Shown here in pieces: positions 45,401 to 54,214 of a stretch of 64,000 bases of DNA. The notes beneath the pieces are model-generated. The model was not told the origin of the DNA. It made no database searches and saw nothing but the letters and a program-made list of their open reading frames with translations. The stretch comes from Acidobacteriaceae bacterium (GTDB lineage: Bacteria > Acidobacteriota > Terriglobia > Terriglobales > Acidobacteriaceae). How positions within the stretch are numbered: the first letter of the stretch is position 1; the number at the start of each line of letters is the position of its first letter. The DNA is taken from positions 11,489 to 75,488 of the forward strand of contig PMWW01000146.1 of assembly GCA_003165795.1 (NCBI GenBank). The letters run 5' to 3'. Position numbers and translations under genes: made by a program.

Positions 45401-45539
45401 CGGAATTGGCTCGGACACCCAGAAACCCTTCGCCATCGTCATCGTGGCCGGGCTGATCTCGCGTCTCTTTATCGGCTTCTTCGTCAATCCTGTGTTATAT
45501 CAGTTGGTCGCCCGTGAAGGGGATGTACTGCAGGTATAG
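42456..45539 (+). CDS. RND inner-membrane efflux pump, CzcA/CusA (heavy-metal efflux) family
   Basis: Starts at the internal ATG (MIHRIVQAALRQRFLVLML...PVDAYPDLAPPQVELITQWPDHAAEEVERLVTLPLE). 12-TM ACR_tran architecture of about 1027 aa. Confidence 0.8.
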   Translation: MIHRIVQAALRQRFLVLMLTAFMMTAGIISFQRMPVDAYPDLAPPQVELITQWPDHAAEEVERLVTLPLELEMNGVPHMVVMRSISLYGLSDVILTFDDKTEDYFARQIVFQRIAQATLPAGVTPSMAPLFSPSGLVYRYVLESPDRSPQELKTFEDWVVERAYRSVPGVADDSGFGGTVMQYQVLLDPARIYGYHLTVPQVEAALAANNANAGGGFFSQGGQFYYVRGIGLVRDTSDIGNVVVGSNNGVPIRIKDVGDVAIGHAPRLGEFGYEKNDDAVEGVILMLRGEQTQNVLKGVEAKTDELNRTILPPDVKIHPYYDRSELVTLTTGTVEDNLLRGMILVLIVLMFFLVSFRAAIIVALTIPLSLLFAFIVLHAHDGAANLLSIGAIDFGIIIDGTVVMVENIYRELALREGQSYQLHEVILAAAKDVDRPIFYSVAVILAGYLPIYALSGPSGKLFHPMAETMSFALVGALILTLTLVPVLASYWFKSGIREHRNRAYEWMKRVYATQLDWALARPKLTLLIAALIFGATLLLVPFIGGEFMPHLDEGALWVRATMPYTISFEEASSIAPQIRAILASYPQVTTVASELGRPDDGTDPTGFFNCEFYVGLKPYKDKAWRGDFDTKDKLIEAINKKLTAFPGIIFNYTQPAEDAVDEALTGLKSSLAVKVYGDDLNILQDKAVQIKNALAKIPGFTDLTVVRELGQPSLLIDVDRDKIARYGINVADVEAVISAAVGGQAVTQVIQGEKLFDLVVRMQPQFRSSAHEIGNLLVGTPDGKQVPLSQLADIRQGNGAAFIYRENNSRYIGVQYSIEGRDLERAVRDGQKAVDQAVTLPQGYWLNWGGEYSQFLEAKSQLILIGPLAVVLIFMILFALYGNFKFPVTIALGVIMTEPVGALIALKLTHTPFSVSSVLGLLALLGVSVETAVILVSYINKLRLEGMDIPTATREASLLRLRPIMMTALVACLGLLPAALSTGIGSDTQKPFAIVIVAGLISRLFIGFFVNPVLYQLVAREGDVLQV

Positions 45540-45569
45540 CGGTATAGCATCGGAAACTCAAACCGCCAG

Positions 45570-45615
45570 GAAGTCAAGGCGGATTCGCCCTACGTCGGGT
45601 TTGTAATCGCCAAGC
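45570..45615. repeat. Copy B of the ~46-nt conserved element (partner at 37770-37815)
   Basis: See copy A. Lies 31 nt downstream of the RND pump stop, within the small minus ORF 45558-45743. Confidence 0.5.
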
Positions 45616-45929
45616 CGAAGAGGCGGCTCTAAAAGCCTTAAACCGAACAGGGAATTATCACGAGGCATATCAAGGAATTCAAAGTCGCTTATCAGGGAAT
45701 TAAGTTCCCCCCGCAAGGGCCCGGTGAGAAGGATAGAGAACAAGGGATTGCGTGGCCTTGCCTGGTTGGAGCAAACTTGTGGGCCCGGAGATTCGGACAG
45801 CGTTTCGCGCGTGGTATCTTCATAAATATTTCTGCTAAGAGTAAGGCGATTCTTAAGCAGGCCTCGGCGGAGCTGCGACAGTCACTTTTCCGCCTGAGGA
45901 TTTCGTATCTTGAGCCAAGGAGAGTAGCT

Positions 45930-46250
45930 ATGAAGGCAATGTTGATCGCAGTGGTTGCAGCCACCCTGGCAGTCGGGACCGCCGTCTGCGCGCAGGACCT
46001 GACCCAGGACACCAAGAAAGCAGCCGACAAAACTGCCGACGCCACCAAAGACACCAGCAAGGATGTCGCCCACGGAACCAAGAAGGCCGCCGTCAAGACT
46101 GCGGACGTGACCAAAGACACCAGCAAAGATGTTGCTCACGGAACCACGAAGGCCGCCACGAAGACGGGCAATGCCGTGGGCACGGCCGCCAAGGACACCG
46201 GCAAGACCGTCAAAACAGGCGCCGACAAAACCGCTGATGCCGTGAAGTAA
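45930..46250 (+). CDS. Small exported Lys/Thr/Ala-rich repeat protein
   Basis: The internal ATG is preceded by AAGGAGAG. MKAMLIAVVAATLAVGTAVCAQ signal, then the tandem repeat KTADATKDTSKDVAHGTKKAA / KTADVTKDTSKDVAHGTTKAA. Confidence 0.6.
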   Translation: MKAMLIAVVAATLAVGTAVCAQDLTQDTKKAADKTADATKDTSKDVAHGTKKAAVKTADVTKDTSKDVAHGTTKAATKTGNAVGTAAKDTGKTVKTGADKTADAVK

Positions 46251-46494
46251 GCTCAGCGCTTGTCAGGTTTTCACGGTTAGGTTGGCCTTCGTGAAACCTT
46301 CAGATTGCAGGCCGGCGCCGGACAGTCGTAGACCGGCGCGAGGCCTCCGTTTGCCGCGATAAACGGCAGACCCGCAGTTCCGTTGGAGAAAATCCCGAAG
46401 ACTCCGTTAGCGCCCCAAGCGCACGGCGCTGCCCGCCCGAAGTGGTGAGGGTGAAGATCGGGCGACCTAAAGGCCGGGAGTGCGTCCAATTACT

Positions 46495-47316
46495 ATGGTC
46501 TTTTTATGGCGACGGAGTATAGCAGCGCTCGCGGTGTGTGCGTTGCTGGCATTCGCCGGGATCTCATACGCGCAGTTGCCCGCAGGGCCGCACGTTAAGG
46601 TTGAGTTGATCTCCGAGCAGGCGGCGGCACCTCCAGGTCAACCTTTGTGGGTCGGTCTGTTGTTTCGGCTAGAGCCGGGTTGGCACATCTATTGGCAAAA
46701 CCCGGGAGATTCAGGCGAGCCTCCCAATATCCAATGGGAGCTGCCGAAGGGATTTACGGCTGGCTCGATTCGCTGGCCGCAGCCAATACGTCTGGGGAGT
46801 GGATCGGTTGTAGATTACGGCTACGAACAACCGGTCCTACTGATGGCTCCCATTGAGGGGCCATCAAGGCGCAACGCGACTTCGATTCCACCCCTCTCCG
46901 CCGACGTGAAATACATCGTTTGTCGCGAGGTGTGCATACCCGGGAAAATTCATCTTATGCTCTCAGCCCCAGCGGGCGCAGACTGGGCTGCTTGGCGCAA
47001 GATCTTCGAGCAAACACGGGCACAGCTTCCAAAGCTTACGCCCACTGGTTGGAAAGTGAGGGCAGTATCGGACAAGCAACATTTCACATTGTCAGTGCGA
47101 GCCAGGCCGCAAGTAGCAAGCGCGAGCTTTTTTCCGCTCGAGCCGAGCCAGATCGACAACTCAAGCCCGCAGGATTTTGCACCAACTCACAATGGATTTC
47201 GCCTCACCCTGAAGAAGTCGGAGCAGCTAACAGAGCCGATTACCACCTTGAGAGGCGTCATCATTCTCGGGCCGGGCCGTGTATTCGAAATTGCGGCTCC
47301 CGTCGTTGCGCAATAG
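46495..47316 (+). CDS. DsbD N-terminal-domain-like (DsbC/ScsB-type) thiol-disulfide protein
   Basis: Signal peptide MVFLWRRSIAALAVCALLAFAGISYAQ. WHIYWQNPGDSGEPP...W..P and VKYIVCREVCIPG motifs typical of the DsbD-alpha fold. Confidence 0.65.
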   Translation: MVFLWRRSIAALAVCALLAFAGISYAQLPAGPHVKVELISEQAAAPPGQPLWVGLLFRLEPGWHIYWQNPGDSGEPPNIQWELPKGFTAGSIRWPQPIRLGSGSVVDYGYEQPVLLMAPIEGPSRRNATSIPPLSADVKYIVCREVCIPGKIHLMLSAPAGADWAAWRKIFEQTRAQLPKLTPTGWKVRAVSDKQHFTLSVRARPQVASASFFPLEPSQIDNSSPQDFAPTHNGFRLTLKKSEQLTEPITTLRGVIILGPGRVFEIAAPVVAQ

Positions 47317-47397
47317 GGGGAAGCAACCAGGTGTAAAATTTTGCATGAAACATTGGGTGAGAGCTCCTAACGAGGAAGGTCGGGAGGCCGAAGAAGA

Positions 47398-48009
47398 ATG
47401 AGAAAATGGCTTGCTGCATCGACGGTGATAGGGTTCGCTTTGATCGCGTTTTCGGTAGGATGGGCAGCGCGAGTGGGCGAACCTGCCCCTGACTTCACCG
47501 CAACAGACAGCAATGGTAAAGTCCATAAGCTTTCCGAATATCAGGGCAAGTACGTGGCCCTGGAATGGACAAATCGGGGCTGCCCTTATACGCAGAAGCA
47601 ATATAACAGCGGAAACATGCAACGCCTGCAGCGTGAATGGACTGGCCGGGGGGTCATCTGGCTAACTGTAGTTTCGTCTGCGCCGGGGAAGCAGGGTTAC
47701 GTCACCGCATCCGAAGAGAACGCCTATCTTAAGCAGGCTAACGCCGCCCCCACCGCTGTTTTGCTGGATTCCGCCGGCACTCTGGGTCACCTCTACGACG
47801 CCAAGACCACGCCACATATCTTCATCATCAGCCCCAAGGGGACCCTGATTTACAACGGGGCAATTGACGACCGGCCGACCACTGATCCTGCCGATGTGAA
47901 CGGGGCGAAAAACTATGTATCGCTTGCGCTCGAGGAGGCCACATCAGGCAAGGCCATTAGCATCCCGACAACCCGCCCCTACGGGTGCTCGGTCAAGTAT
48001 GCAGATTAG
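47398..48009 (+). CDS. Thioredoxin-fold (redoxin/TlpA-like) protein
   Basis: 203 aa. Signal anchor, APDFTATDSNGKVHKLSEYQGKYVALEWTNRGCPYT..., thioredoxin-like fold. Confidence 0.65.
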   Translation: MRKWLAASTVIGFALIAFSVGWAARVGEPAPDFTATDSNGKVHKLSEYQGKYVALEWTNRGCPYTQKQYNSGNMQRLQREWTGRGVIWLTVVSSAPGKQGYVTASEENAYLKQANAAPTAVLLDSAGTLGHLYDAKTTPHIFIISPKGTLIYNGAIDDRPTTDPADVNGAKNYVSLALEEATSGKAISIPTTRPYGCSVKYAD

Positions 48010-48036
48010 ACCTTCAATCCAAAAAGGAGAGACCGA

Positions 48037-48729
48037 ATGAAATGGGTCAGCAGATTTTCGAGGCGGACCGCGATTCCGTTTGTAGCGTGTTGTCTGCTGG
48101 CGTTCGTGGGCGTGGCGCGGGCGGGAGACAAGGCGCAATTAAGTGGTGACTGGAACTTCAACCTGGACCAGAGTGACGATGCGCAGCAAAAGGTGCAACA
48201 GGCGCAGCAGAGTAGCCAGCGCGGAAGCGGCGGCGGGGGTTACCCGGGAAGCGGGAATTACCCGGCCGGAGGTGGTTATCCGGGAGGCGGATCATACCCG
48301 GGAGGCGGGGGAATGGGGCGCGGTGGCATGGGTGGCGGGATGGGCCGTAGCGGCATGGGGAATCCGGGCGGAGGGGTAAGCAGTCAGGAGTGGAATCAAT
48401 TAGCTGCGAATCCGAAATACCTCAAGATCATCCAGGGTGCCGATCAGATCGTGATCAGTGATGATTCCGACTACACTCACACCCTTTATCCCGACGGCAA
48501 GAAGCACCAAGAAAAAGATGCGAATGGGAGGAAGATCTCAACCAAGACCGCGTGGCAGGGTGACGAGCTAATCGCCGAGACTAACATGGGGTCCGGGAAG
48601 CTCACGGAAACCTACCAAGTCAGCTCTGACGGCAAGCAACTCATCGTGGTTTCGCGCTATGAGAATTCCTCGCTTTCGGTACCGCTAAGTATCCGGCGGG
48701 AGTACGACCTGGGCAACGCGACGCGCTAG
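48037..48729 (+). CDS. Exported hypothetical protein with Gly/Tyr/Pro-rich low-complexity region
   Basis: 230 aa. Signal peptide, (GGYPG/GNYPAGG/GMGRGGMGGG) repeats, then a beta-rich C-terminal domain. Confidence 0.5.
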   Translation: MKWVSRFSRRTAIPFVACCLLAFVGVARAGDKAQLSGDWNFNLDQSDDAQQKVQQAQQSSQRGSGGGGYPGSGNYPAGGGYPGGGSYPGGGGMGRGGMGGGMGRSGMGNPGGGVSSQEWNQLAANPKYLKIIQGADQIVISDDSDYTHTLYPDGKKHQEKDANGRKISTKTAWQGDELIAETNMGSGKLTETYQVSSDGKQLIVVSRYENSSLSVPLSIRREYDLGNATR

Positions 48730-49061
48730 CAGGTTCCGGGTACGGATGCTATGTGCTCCTCTACCTCTGGCATGGTGGCTTGCACGTTATCGCTGGCGGC
48801 CGAGCGTTTGCTGCCTCGCATTGTCAGAAGGTGGCGTTCGACCGTCAGACCTGGCGGAAGAAGCCGGCGCGCAGCAAGCCGGGCAAGTCTCTGCGGTCGA
48901 CGGACTGAGTCGGACGGGAACTGGAGAAGTCGTAGTGTCGGCCGCTCACCGCACCACGCACTCGGATACGCGAGTTCCTGAGGTAGTGGAGGGTAACGGG
49001 CGTGCTCAACGCCGGTGGCGGCGCAGGACTGCGCCGGGGAGCAACGGGAACCTGTGCCGCA

Positions 49062-49511
49062 TTAAGGTTGCCCGTTACGCTCGTCGGGTGGATGGCCGGC
49101 GGCCTCACTGGAACCGAGGGCCTCGCTGGCATTGAGAGGCTCCGCAGAGCCGATCGTTTCTGACCGCAGCACATGGCTGGAATCTCCTTCCGAGGGTTCT
49201 AAAATCGGTTGAATCTCGACAGGCTGTTGGCCCAGGCGCTCCAGCAAACACGCGGCGCCGGAGAGCGCCAGCCACGTGAACAGCCAGTCGAGAAGACTTG
49301 GAGCTACAAAAAGCGCCGCCGGAGCCGCGATCCAGAGGCTGAGGCAGTGGAAGCAATCCATCAATTTGCCAACCAGACCGGGGCCCAGACGGGAGCGGAG
49401 CCGCACGATCAGGTCTGCCGGACCGTCTTCGCTGGCAAGCAAATGTGTCACACGCCAGGTGGCGAGCGAGGCGAGCACGAACCTGGCCCAGAAATCGAGT
49501 GCACCCATCAC
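49062..49511 (-). CDS. DUF1360-family membrane protein
   Basis: 149 aa. RFVLASLATWRVTHLLASEDGP...KLMDCFHCLSLWIAAP matches the DUF1360 pattern as I recall it. Confidence 0.6.
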   Translation of the reverse strand: MMGALDFWARFVLASLATWRVTHLLASEDGPADLIVRLRSRLGPGLVGKLMDCFHCLSLWIAAPAALFVAPSLLDWLFTWLALSGAACLLERLGQQPVEIQPILEPSEGDSSHVLRSETIGSAEPLNASEALGSSEAAGHPPDERNGQP

Positions 49512-49721
49512 GGCAACGATGCGAAGCGGCGGGAATTTGCGTAACGTCCCTTTTTCAAGTTGAGCGCGATCAATGCCATTGGATTCTTCCTCCCTTTTGA
49601 ATCAGCAGAACGGCACACAAGTTTCCATCGAGCCGCTTCCTACGGAAGGACCGCCCAGCTCGACCCCGAGCCGGACGGTCCTTCCGTCACGCGGCACAGT
49701 ACCGTATCCCTGCCCGCACCG

Positions 49722-51857
49722 TCACCCGTTCTCTGGAGCTGTTCGGCAAGGTGGACAAGGTGGGCAGGGAGCGATCAGGGCAAACGCGATGGTACCCGAA
49801 CTATCATATTCGCTTTGCCTGCTCCAGCCGTCGGTGCACCGGGAGGCGCAATACAGATTCACGGCAAACGCCGCCCGGGTACAGGGTCCGAGCAGGGTTG
49901 CAACCGTATTATCGAAATCCACGGGAGTACCCGGAGTACCCGCGCTTACGTTATCTGCAATAGCGGCAACCGAGCCCGTGAGCCCACGAACGACATCCAG
50001 GTCCCAGTCCAGGAAGTTACCAGGCTGATAGGCAACATATTCAATCTCCACCACGTCGCTCGGATTCGAGTAATCGAGCATCCCGCAGGCATCGGCCGCA
50101 AGTGAGTCGACTAACACGCCGGGCAACTGGGCTACCGTTGGCCGGTTGTCTACGAAAATGCTCATGATGAAGCTGTTGCCAGACACCAAGCCCAGAGTGG
50201 AGGCAGGCGCCGTGTCAATCGTTCCATCCGGCTCTGTGGTCGTCGGCACATAATAGGTGATGCCGGCCGTCGCGATATCGACGACATTTCCCGAGGAATC
50301 GAAGAGGTCCAGCTTAAGCTGATAAAGCCCGCTCGTTCCCCCGGTCACCGCGCTGGGCAGAACCGTGGTCGGAAATTGCGCGTTGGCCAAATCGTAGGGC
50401 GGATTGGGGTACGCCCAATCACCCACTGGAGGCAAAGCGGACGGAATCGCGAAAAGATTGGTCGTGGTCCCGACGGTTTGCGGCCCAAGGGACAAGGCCG
50501 TCGTGACCAATTCGGTGCCCACGAATTGGTTATAGTGGCGATAGATGTCGCCGGTGAGTGGTGTCCATGATCCGGTGGTGCCAAACCGATACGAGATTTG
50601 GTAGAAACTTGCCAACCCCATTTCAAGCAGAGAACTGTCGAATTCCACGCGGGGCAGGAGAAGACTGCCGAATGGAGAATCTTCCCCGGCCACAACCGCA
50701 CCGGCAGCGAGGCCCAGGTTGCTCGGCGTAGTTGTCAGCAGAGTGCTGGTCCCATAAATGTCGCTGAGCGGGACGTTGCCGATCGCGCGGAACAGTACGT
50801 AATTCTGCGCCGCGTTCACCGGTGCGCAGGGCGAGCAGCACGGCGCGAAAAAGTTGTCGGTGTAGAGCGTGACGGTTGTCCCGCACTCGTATCCCCAGTA
50901 CGTGTAGCAGGCAATCGGCGCCGGATCGTAAATGTAGATGGGGAAAAACAGGAAATTGGTGGTGGCCGTAAAGTACAGGTTCGGACTCGGGGAAAAGCAG
51001 CTTAGGAAGATAAACTCGCTGAAATTGCCGCACTGGTCCGTGGTGGTCGTAGCCACCAGGGTCTTTGTAACCCAAAGCGGTATCAACTCGCAAAGCCAGA
51101 ATCGAATGGAATCCAGGTTGGCGATCAACGCTTGCCGGAGAGTAGCTGCATCGGCAGTTTGCGCGATGACTTGCAAGTTCACGAGATCGGAAGCCGGAGC
51201 GGGGGCCAGCGTGGAAACAGGCTTAGCGTATTCGACTTGCACAGAGCGCGACGTCAAGCCCTGAGACCGAGACGGATTCGGGTTGATGGATGAGAGTCCG
51301 GATTTCGTTGTCGTGGGAGGGTTCAAAATCACCTGCCGCAGCTTCTCGATGATCGAGACCGGCACCTTCCCCAGGATGATCTCGAGCGGTTCGACCTCCC
51401 AGACCTGGACTTGTGCGTTGCAAACCGGCAAGTCCAACGGCAGGCCACCCGAAATGGCGCTCTTGAGCAGCGTTCCTTTCACCAGGCAAATACGTATCCA
51501 ACAACGCCAGATTTCCGAGGGGATATCGAAAGCCACGGTAGAGATCACAGCCCCGGGATCGACGCGCACAAACTGTTCCTGCGCGCCCCGGCGGGTAAGA
51601 TCGGACAACGCGGGCTGTTTCTCGCCCGTCAACTCCGGGCCCACGACGACGCGGACGTTCCGCGCAGATGAAACAGACGGTACAGTCAAAGTGACGGACC
51701 CATTATTGTCGATCGCAGCTTTGGTAACGAAGTGGCCAGTGTCCGTAAAGGCGTAGGCGACAGACTGGGGCGGCTTTTCGCTGGTCTGGGATTGCTGCAG
51801 AGTTACGCTTAACGGAATCGAAACTCCGGCTGAGGTGTCTTTCTTCGATTGCGGCAT
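49722..51857 (-). CDS. Orphan 711-aa Cys-rich hypothetical protein
   Basis: Long ORF with GGAGGAACACC before the ATG. No signal peptide or recognisable domain. Cys clusters (ACYTYWGYECG, APCCSPCAP, C-terminal APCPPCPPC). Confidence 0.6.
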   Translation of the reverse strand: MPQSKKDTSAGVSIPLSVTLQQSQTSEKPPQSVAYAFTDTGHFVTKAAIDNNGSVTLTVPSVSSARNVRVVVGPELTGEKQPALSDLTRRGAQEQFVRVDPGAVISTVAFDIPSEIWRCWIRICLVKGTLLKSAISGGLPLDLPVCNAQVQVWEVEPLEIILGKVPVSIIEKLRQVILNPPTTTKSGLSSINPNPSRSQGLTSRSVQVEYAKPVSTLAPAPASDLVNLQVIAQTADAATLRQALIANLDSIRFWLCELIPLWVTKTLVATTTTDQCGNFSEFIFLSCFSPSPNLYFTATTNFLFFPIYIYDPAPIACYTYWGYECGTTVTLYTDNFFAPCCSPCAPVNAAQNYVLFRAIGNVPLSDIYGTSTLLTTTPSNLGLAAGAVVAGEDSPFGSLLLPRVEFDSSLLEMGLASFYQISYRFGTTGSWTPLTGDIYRHYNQFVGTELVTTALSLGPQTVGTTTNLFAIPSALPPVGDWAYPNPPYDLANAQFPTTVLPSAVTGGTSGLYQLKLDLFDSSGNVVDIATAGITYYVPTTTEPDGTIDTAPASTLGLVSGNSFIMSIFVDNRPTVAQLPGVLVDSLAADACGMLDYSNPSDVVEIEYVAYQPGNFLDWDLDVVRGLTGSVAAIADNVSAGTPGTPVDFDNTVATLLGPCTRAAFAVNLYCASRCTDGWSRQSEYDSSGTIAFALIAPCPPCPPCRTAPENG

Positions 51858-52229
51858 GGTGTTCCTCCAGATTGAATTTGGGATGCAAAATATTCGCCGA
51901 AGCCTACGGCATTCGCTCGAGATCTGCAGCTGAGAGATAGTGAAGAACGAGGCGCTTCCGTTTCAAATTGTCGAGTCTCTTTTTAGTTTCTTGCGGCGTT
52001 CATCCCAGACCGGTTCTTCCGCACGGTTTGCGAAAGAGAGAGCAGACAGCGATTGGGCGGTGCCAGCACGGTTAGTTCGCGAATGGCGGAGTACCAACAA
52101 GTGTGCCAGTTGCTTCAGTCCACAAATCCCGCACAATCCTTCATCCGAAGTCGACGAAATGTGCTTGGCCGCAGCTCAGGCGCGGGGGACGGTTAGCTGC
52201 CTGGCGAGCGGTCGGCAATGCGGAAGTTA

Positions 52230-52662
52230 TCCAGGAATGGGCTTCTGAGAAATGTGCAGGGCTGCTCAATGTCCGAAGCCACAATCGGGCCACGGCAGCT
52301 CCATGGTGGCGGCTTCGCTTTTCGCAACCATCAAGGGTTCTACCATATCGGTAGCTTCCCGGTGAAGTCCTCGGTAGTAAAGGCCGTGAAGGGCTTGGTG
52401 CGGTAGACTCCGGCGTTATTCACCAGAACATCGATGGTCCCGAAGTGCTTGATCGCTGCTTCGACAGCTTTAGCAGCGGTCTCTGCTTACCTATATCGCC
52501 ATCCATTGGAACTAGGTTGGATGAGACAGTCAACGATTCACTGGCATCAAGCGCCGTCGCGACGACGGTATAACCCTGCTTCAGGAAGGCCTCGACCAAC
52601 CCCGCGCGCCAATACCGTGCGGTACTCACGTGATGATCGCTGTTTTCTTGTCGGACATACAT
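52230..52662 (-). pseudogene. Short-chain dehydrogenase/reductase pseudogene (multiple frameshifts, internal deletion)
   Basis: The minus strand reads MSDKKTAIIT* in one frame, then GLVEAFLKQGYTVVATALDAS...GDIGKQ in a second frame. A third frame gives AETAAKAVEAAIKHFGTIDVLVNNAGVYRTKPFTAFTTEDFTG. The catalytic YxxxK region is not found. Confidence 0.65.
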
Positions 52663-52804
52663 ACCTTAGTAGCCGGCGTTCTCATAGCGGCGCCAGCCAA
52701 TGTGCCGCTCGCAGGACCCTCAAGGTGAAGACCCGAGAAAGCCGCGGACCGCTGATGCGACTCTCGTCGAACCAGGCTCGCAGTGTTTCTCATCCTCGCC
52801 AACC

Positions 52805-53839
52805 TCACATGGTCAGAACGACGCGAAATTGTGCCTTGCCGCTCATCATGCGCGCGTAAGCCTCGACCGCCTTTTCGAGCGGATAGGTTTCAATCATGGG
52901 ACGCACGCCGGTTAGTTCGGCGAAGAGCAGGGTGTCCTCGGAGTCGGCTGGTGTTCCCGCGGCCCAACCCTGAATCGTTCGACTTCCACTAATCAGCTGT
53001 ATCGGTGTGACCTCGATGGGATCGAATGTCGCACCGATCACCATGAGCTTGCCGTTCGGCGCCAGACCGTCGATCAGTTCGGACATCGCTTTCGAACTTG
53101 GGGCCGTCGCCAGAATCACCCGTGCGCCGCCCAACTTTTGCAATTCTTCGGCTGCGTTTGTCGATTGGCTGTCGATGTACACGCTTGCTCCAAGTTTCTT
53201 CGCAAGCGAAGCGTTTTCCGACCCGCGCCCGATGGCCGCTACTTTATAACCAAACTTGTTCGCGAATTGAATTCCGAGATGACCCAGGCCGCCGATGCCC
53301 TGCACTGCGACCAGGTCGCCCGGCAATGCACCACTGTGCCGCAGCGCATTGTAGGTAGTGATTCCCGCGCAGAGAAGTGGTGCGGCGTCGACATCACTTA
53401 AACTGTCGGGTATAGGTACCAGCGCCTCCACGGGAGCCAACATATATTGCTGGTATCCGCCGTCATAGCTGATGCCGCAAATTTTCAGATTGCGGCAGTT
53501 GCGAAAATCTCCGCGCCGACACTCGCCACACGTGTTGTCCTGGCCGCCATGCCAGCCGACACCGACGCGCTGCCCCTTCTTCCACGCGGAAACGCCGGCT
53601 CCTATTTCATCGATGATGCCTGCGACTTCGTGCCCGGGAACGCGGGGATACTGAATTCCAGGCCAGGAACCTTCTTTCGTGAGCACGTCACTGTGGCAAA
53701 CACCACAAGCCTGTACCTTGATCCGCACCTGTCCTGCACCCGGCTTAGGAATCTCGCGCTCGACGATCTGGAAATCCGCTCCGGGCCTGGAAACCTGCGC
53801 CGCTTTCATTGTTGCTACTGCGACTGTTGTCGTTGCCAT
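52805..53839 (-). CDS. Zinc-dependent alcohol dehydrogenase (MDR family)
   Basis: 344 aa. GVCHSDV, GHEVAGII, structural-Zn CGECRRGDFRNC, GIGGLGHLGIQFA Rossmann motif. Confidence 0.85.
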   Translation of the reverse strand: MATTTVAVATMKAAQVSRPGADFQIVEREIPKPGAGQVRIKVQACGVCHSDVLTKEGSWPGIQYPRVPGHEVAGIIDEIGAGVSAWKKGQRVGVGWHGGQDNTCGECRRGDFRNCRNLKICGISYDGGYQQYMLAPVEALVPIPDSLSDVDAAPLLCAGITTYNALRHSGALPGDLVAVQGIGGLGHLGIQFANKFGYKVAAIGRGSENASLAKKLGASVYIDSQSTNAAEELQKLGGARVILATAPSSKAMSELIDGLAPNGKLMVIGATFDPIEVTPIQLISGSRTIQGWAAGTPADSEDTLLFAELTGVRPMIETYPLEKAVEAYARMMSGKAQFRVVLTM

Positions 53840-54214
53840 AAAATCCTCCTATGAATTCTCAGCCATCGTTGAAAAGTCTTTACCTGCGACTGGGTTGAGG
53901 CGACAGGAACTGCTCGCCCGTGCCTTTGGCCTGCTACTACCTGGAAAATGAGTTCCAGTTCGACTGGGTCGCCGAGTGGAGGGCTTGCAATGCCATACAC
54001 CAGCGACAAGGGCTCTTGTCTTCTCCGAAGACCTCTCGCAGCAATACCGACGCGGCCTCAGCGACTTTCGTCCGGTATTGAAGACGTAAAGCCCGCAAGT
54101 GCTCAATCCGTCACACCTACGAAGCCTCTACCTGGTGCCCCCCTCACGTGTGGGGATCCGTGAAGTTGAAAGATCCCAGCCTGGATCGGCTCGAAATGGG
54201 TCCGACCCTGCATG

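Noticed and set aside
46266-46345. Hairpins after the small repeat-protein gene (AGGTTT(T)CACG...CGTGAAACCT, CCGGCGCCGG), considered as a terminator or REP element.
   Set aside because: It is plausibly a terminator stem but lacks a U-tract, and no second copy was seen in the window. Not enough evidence to call it.
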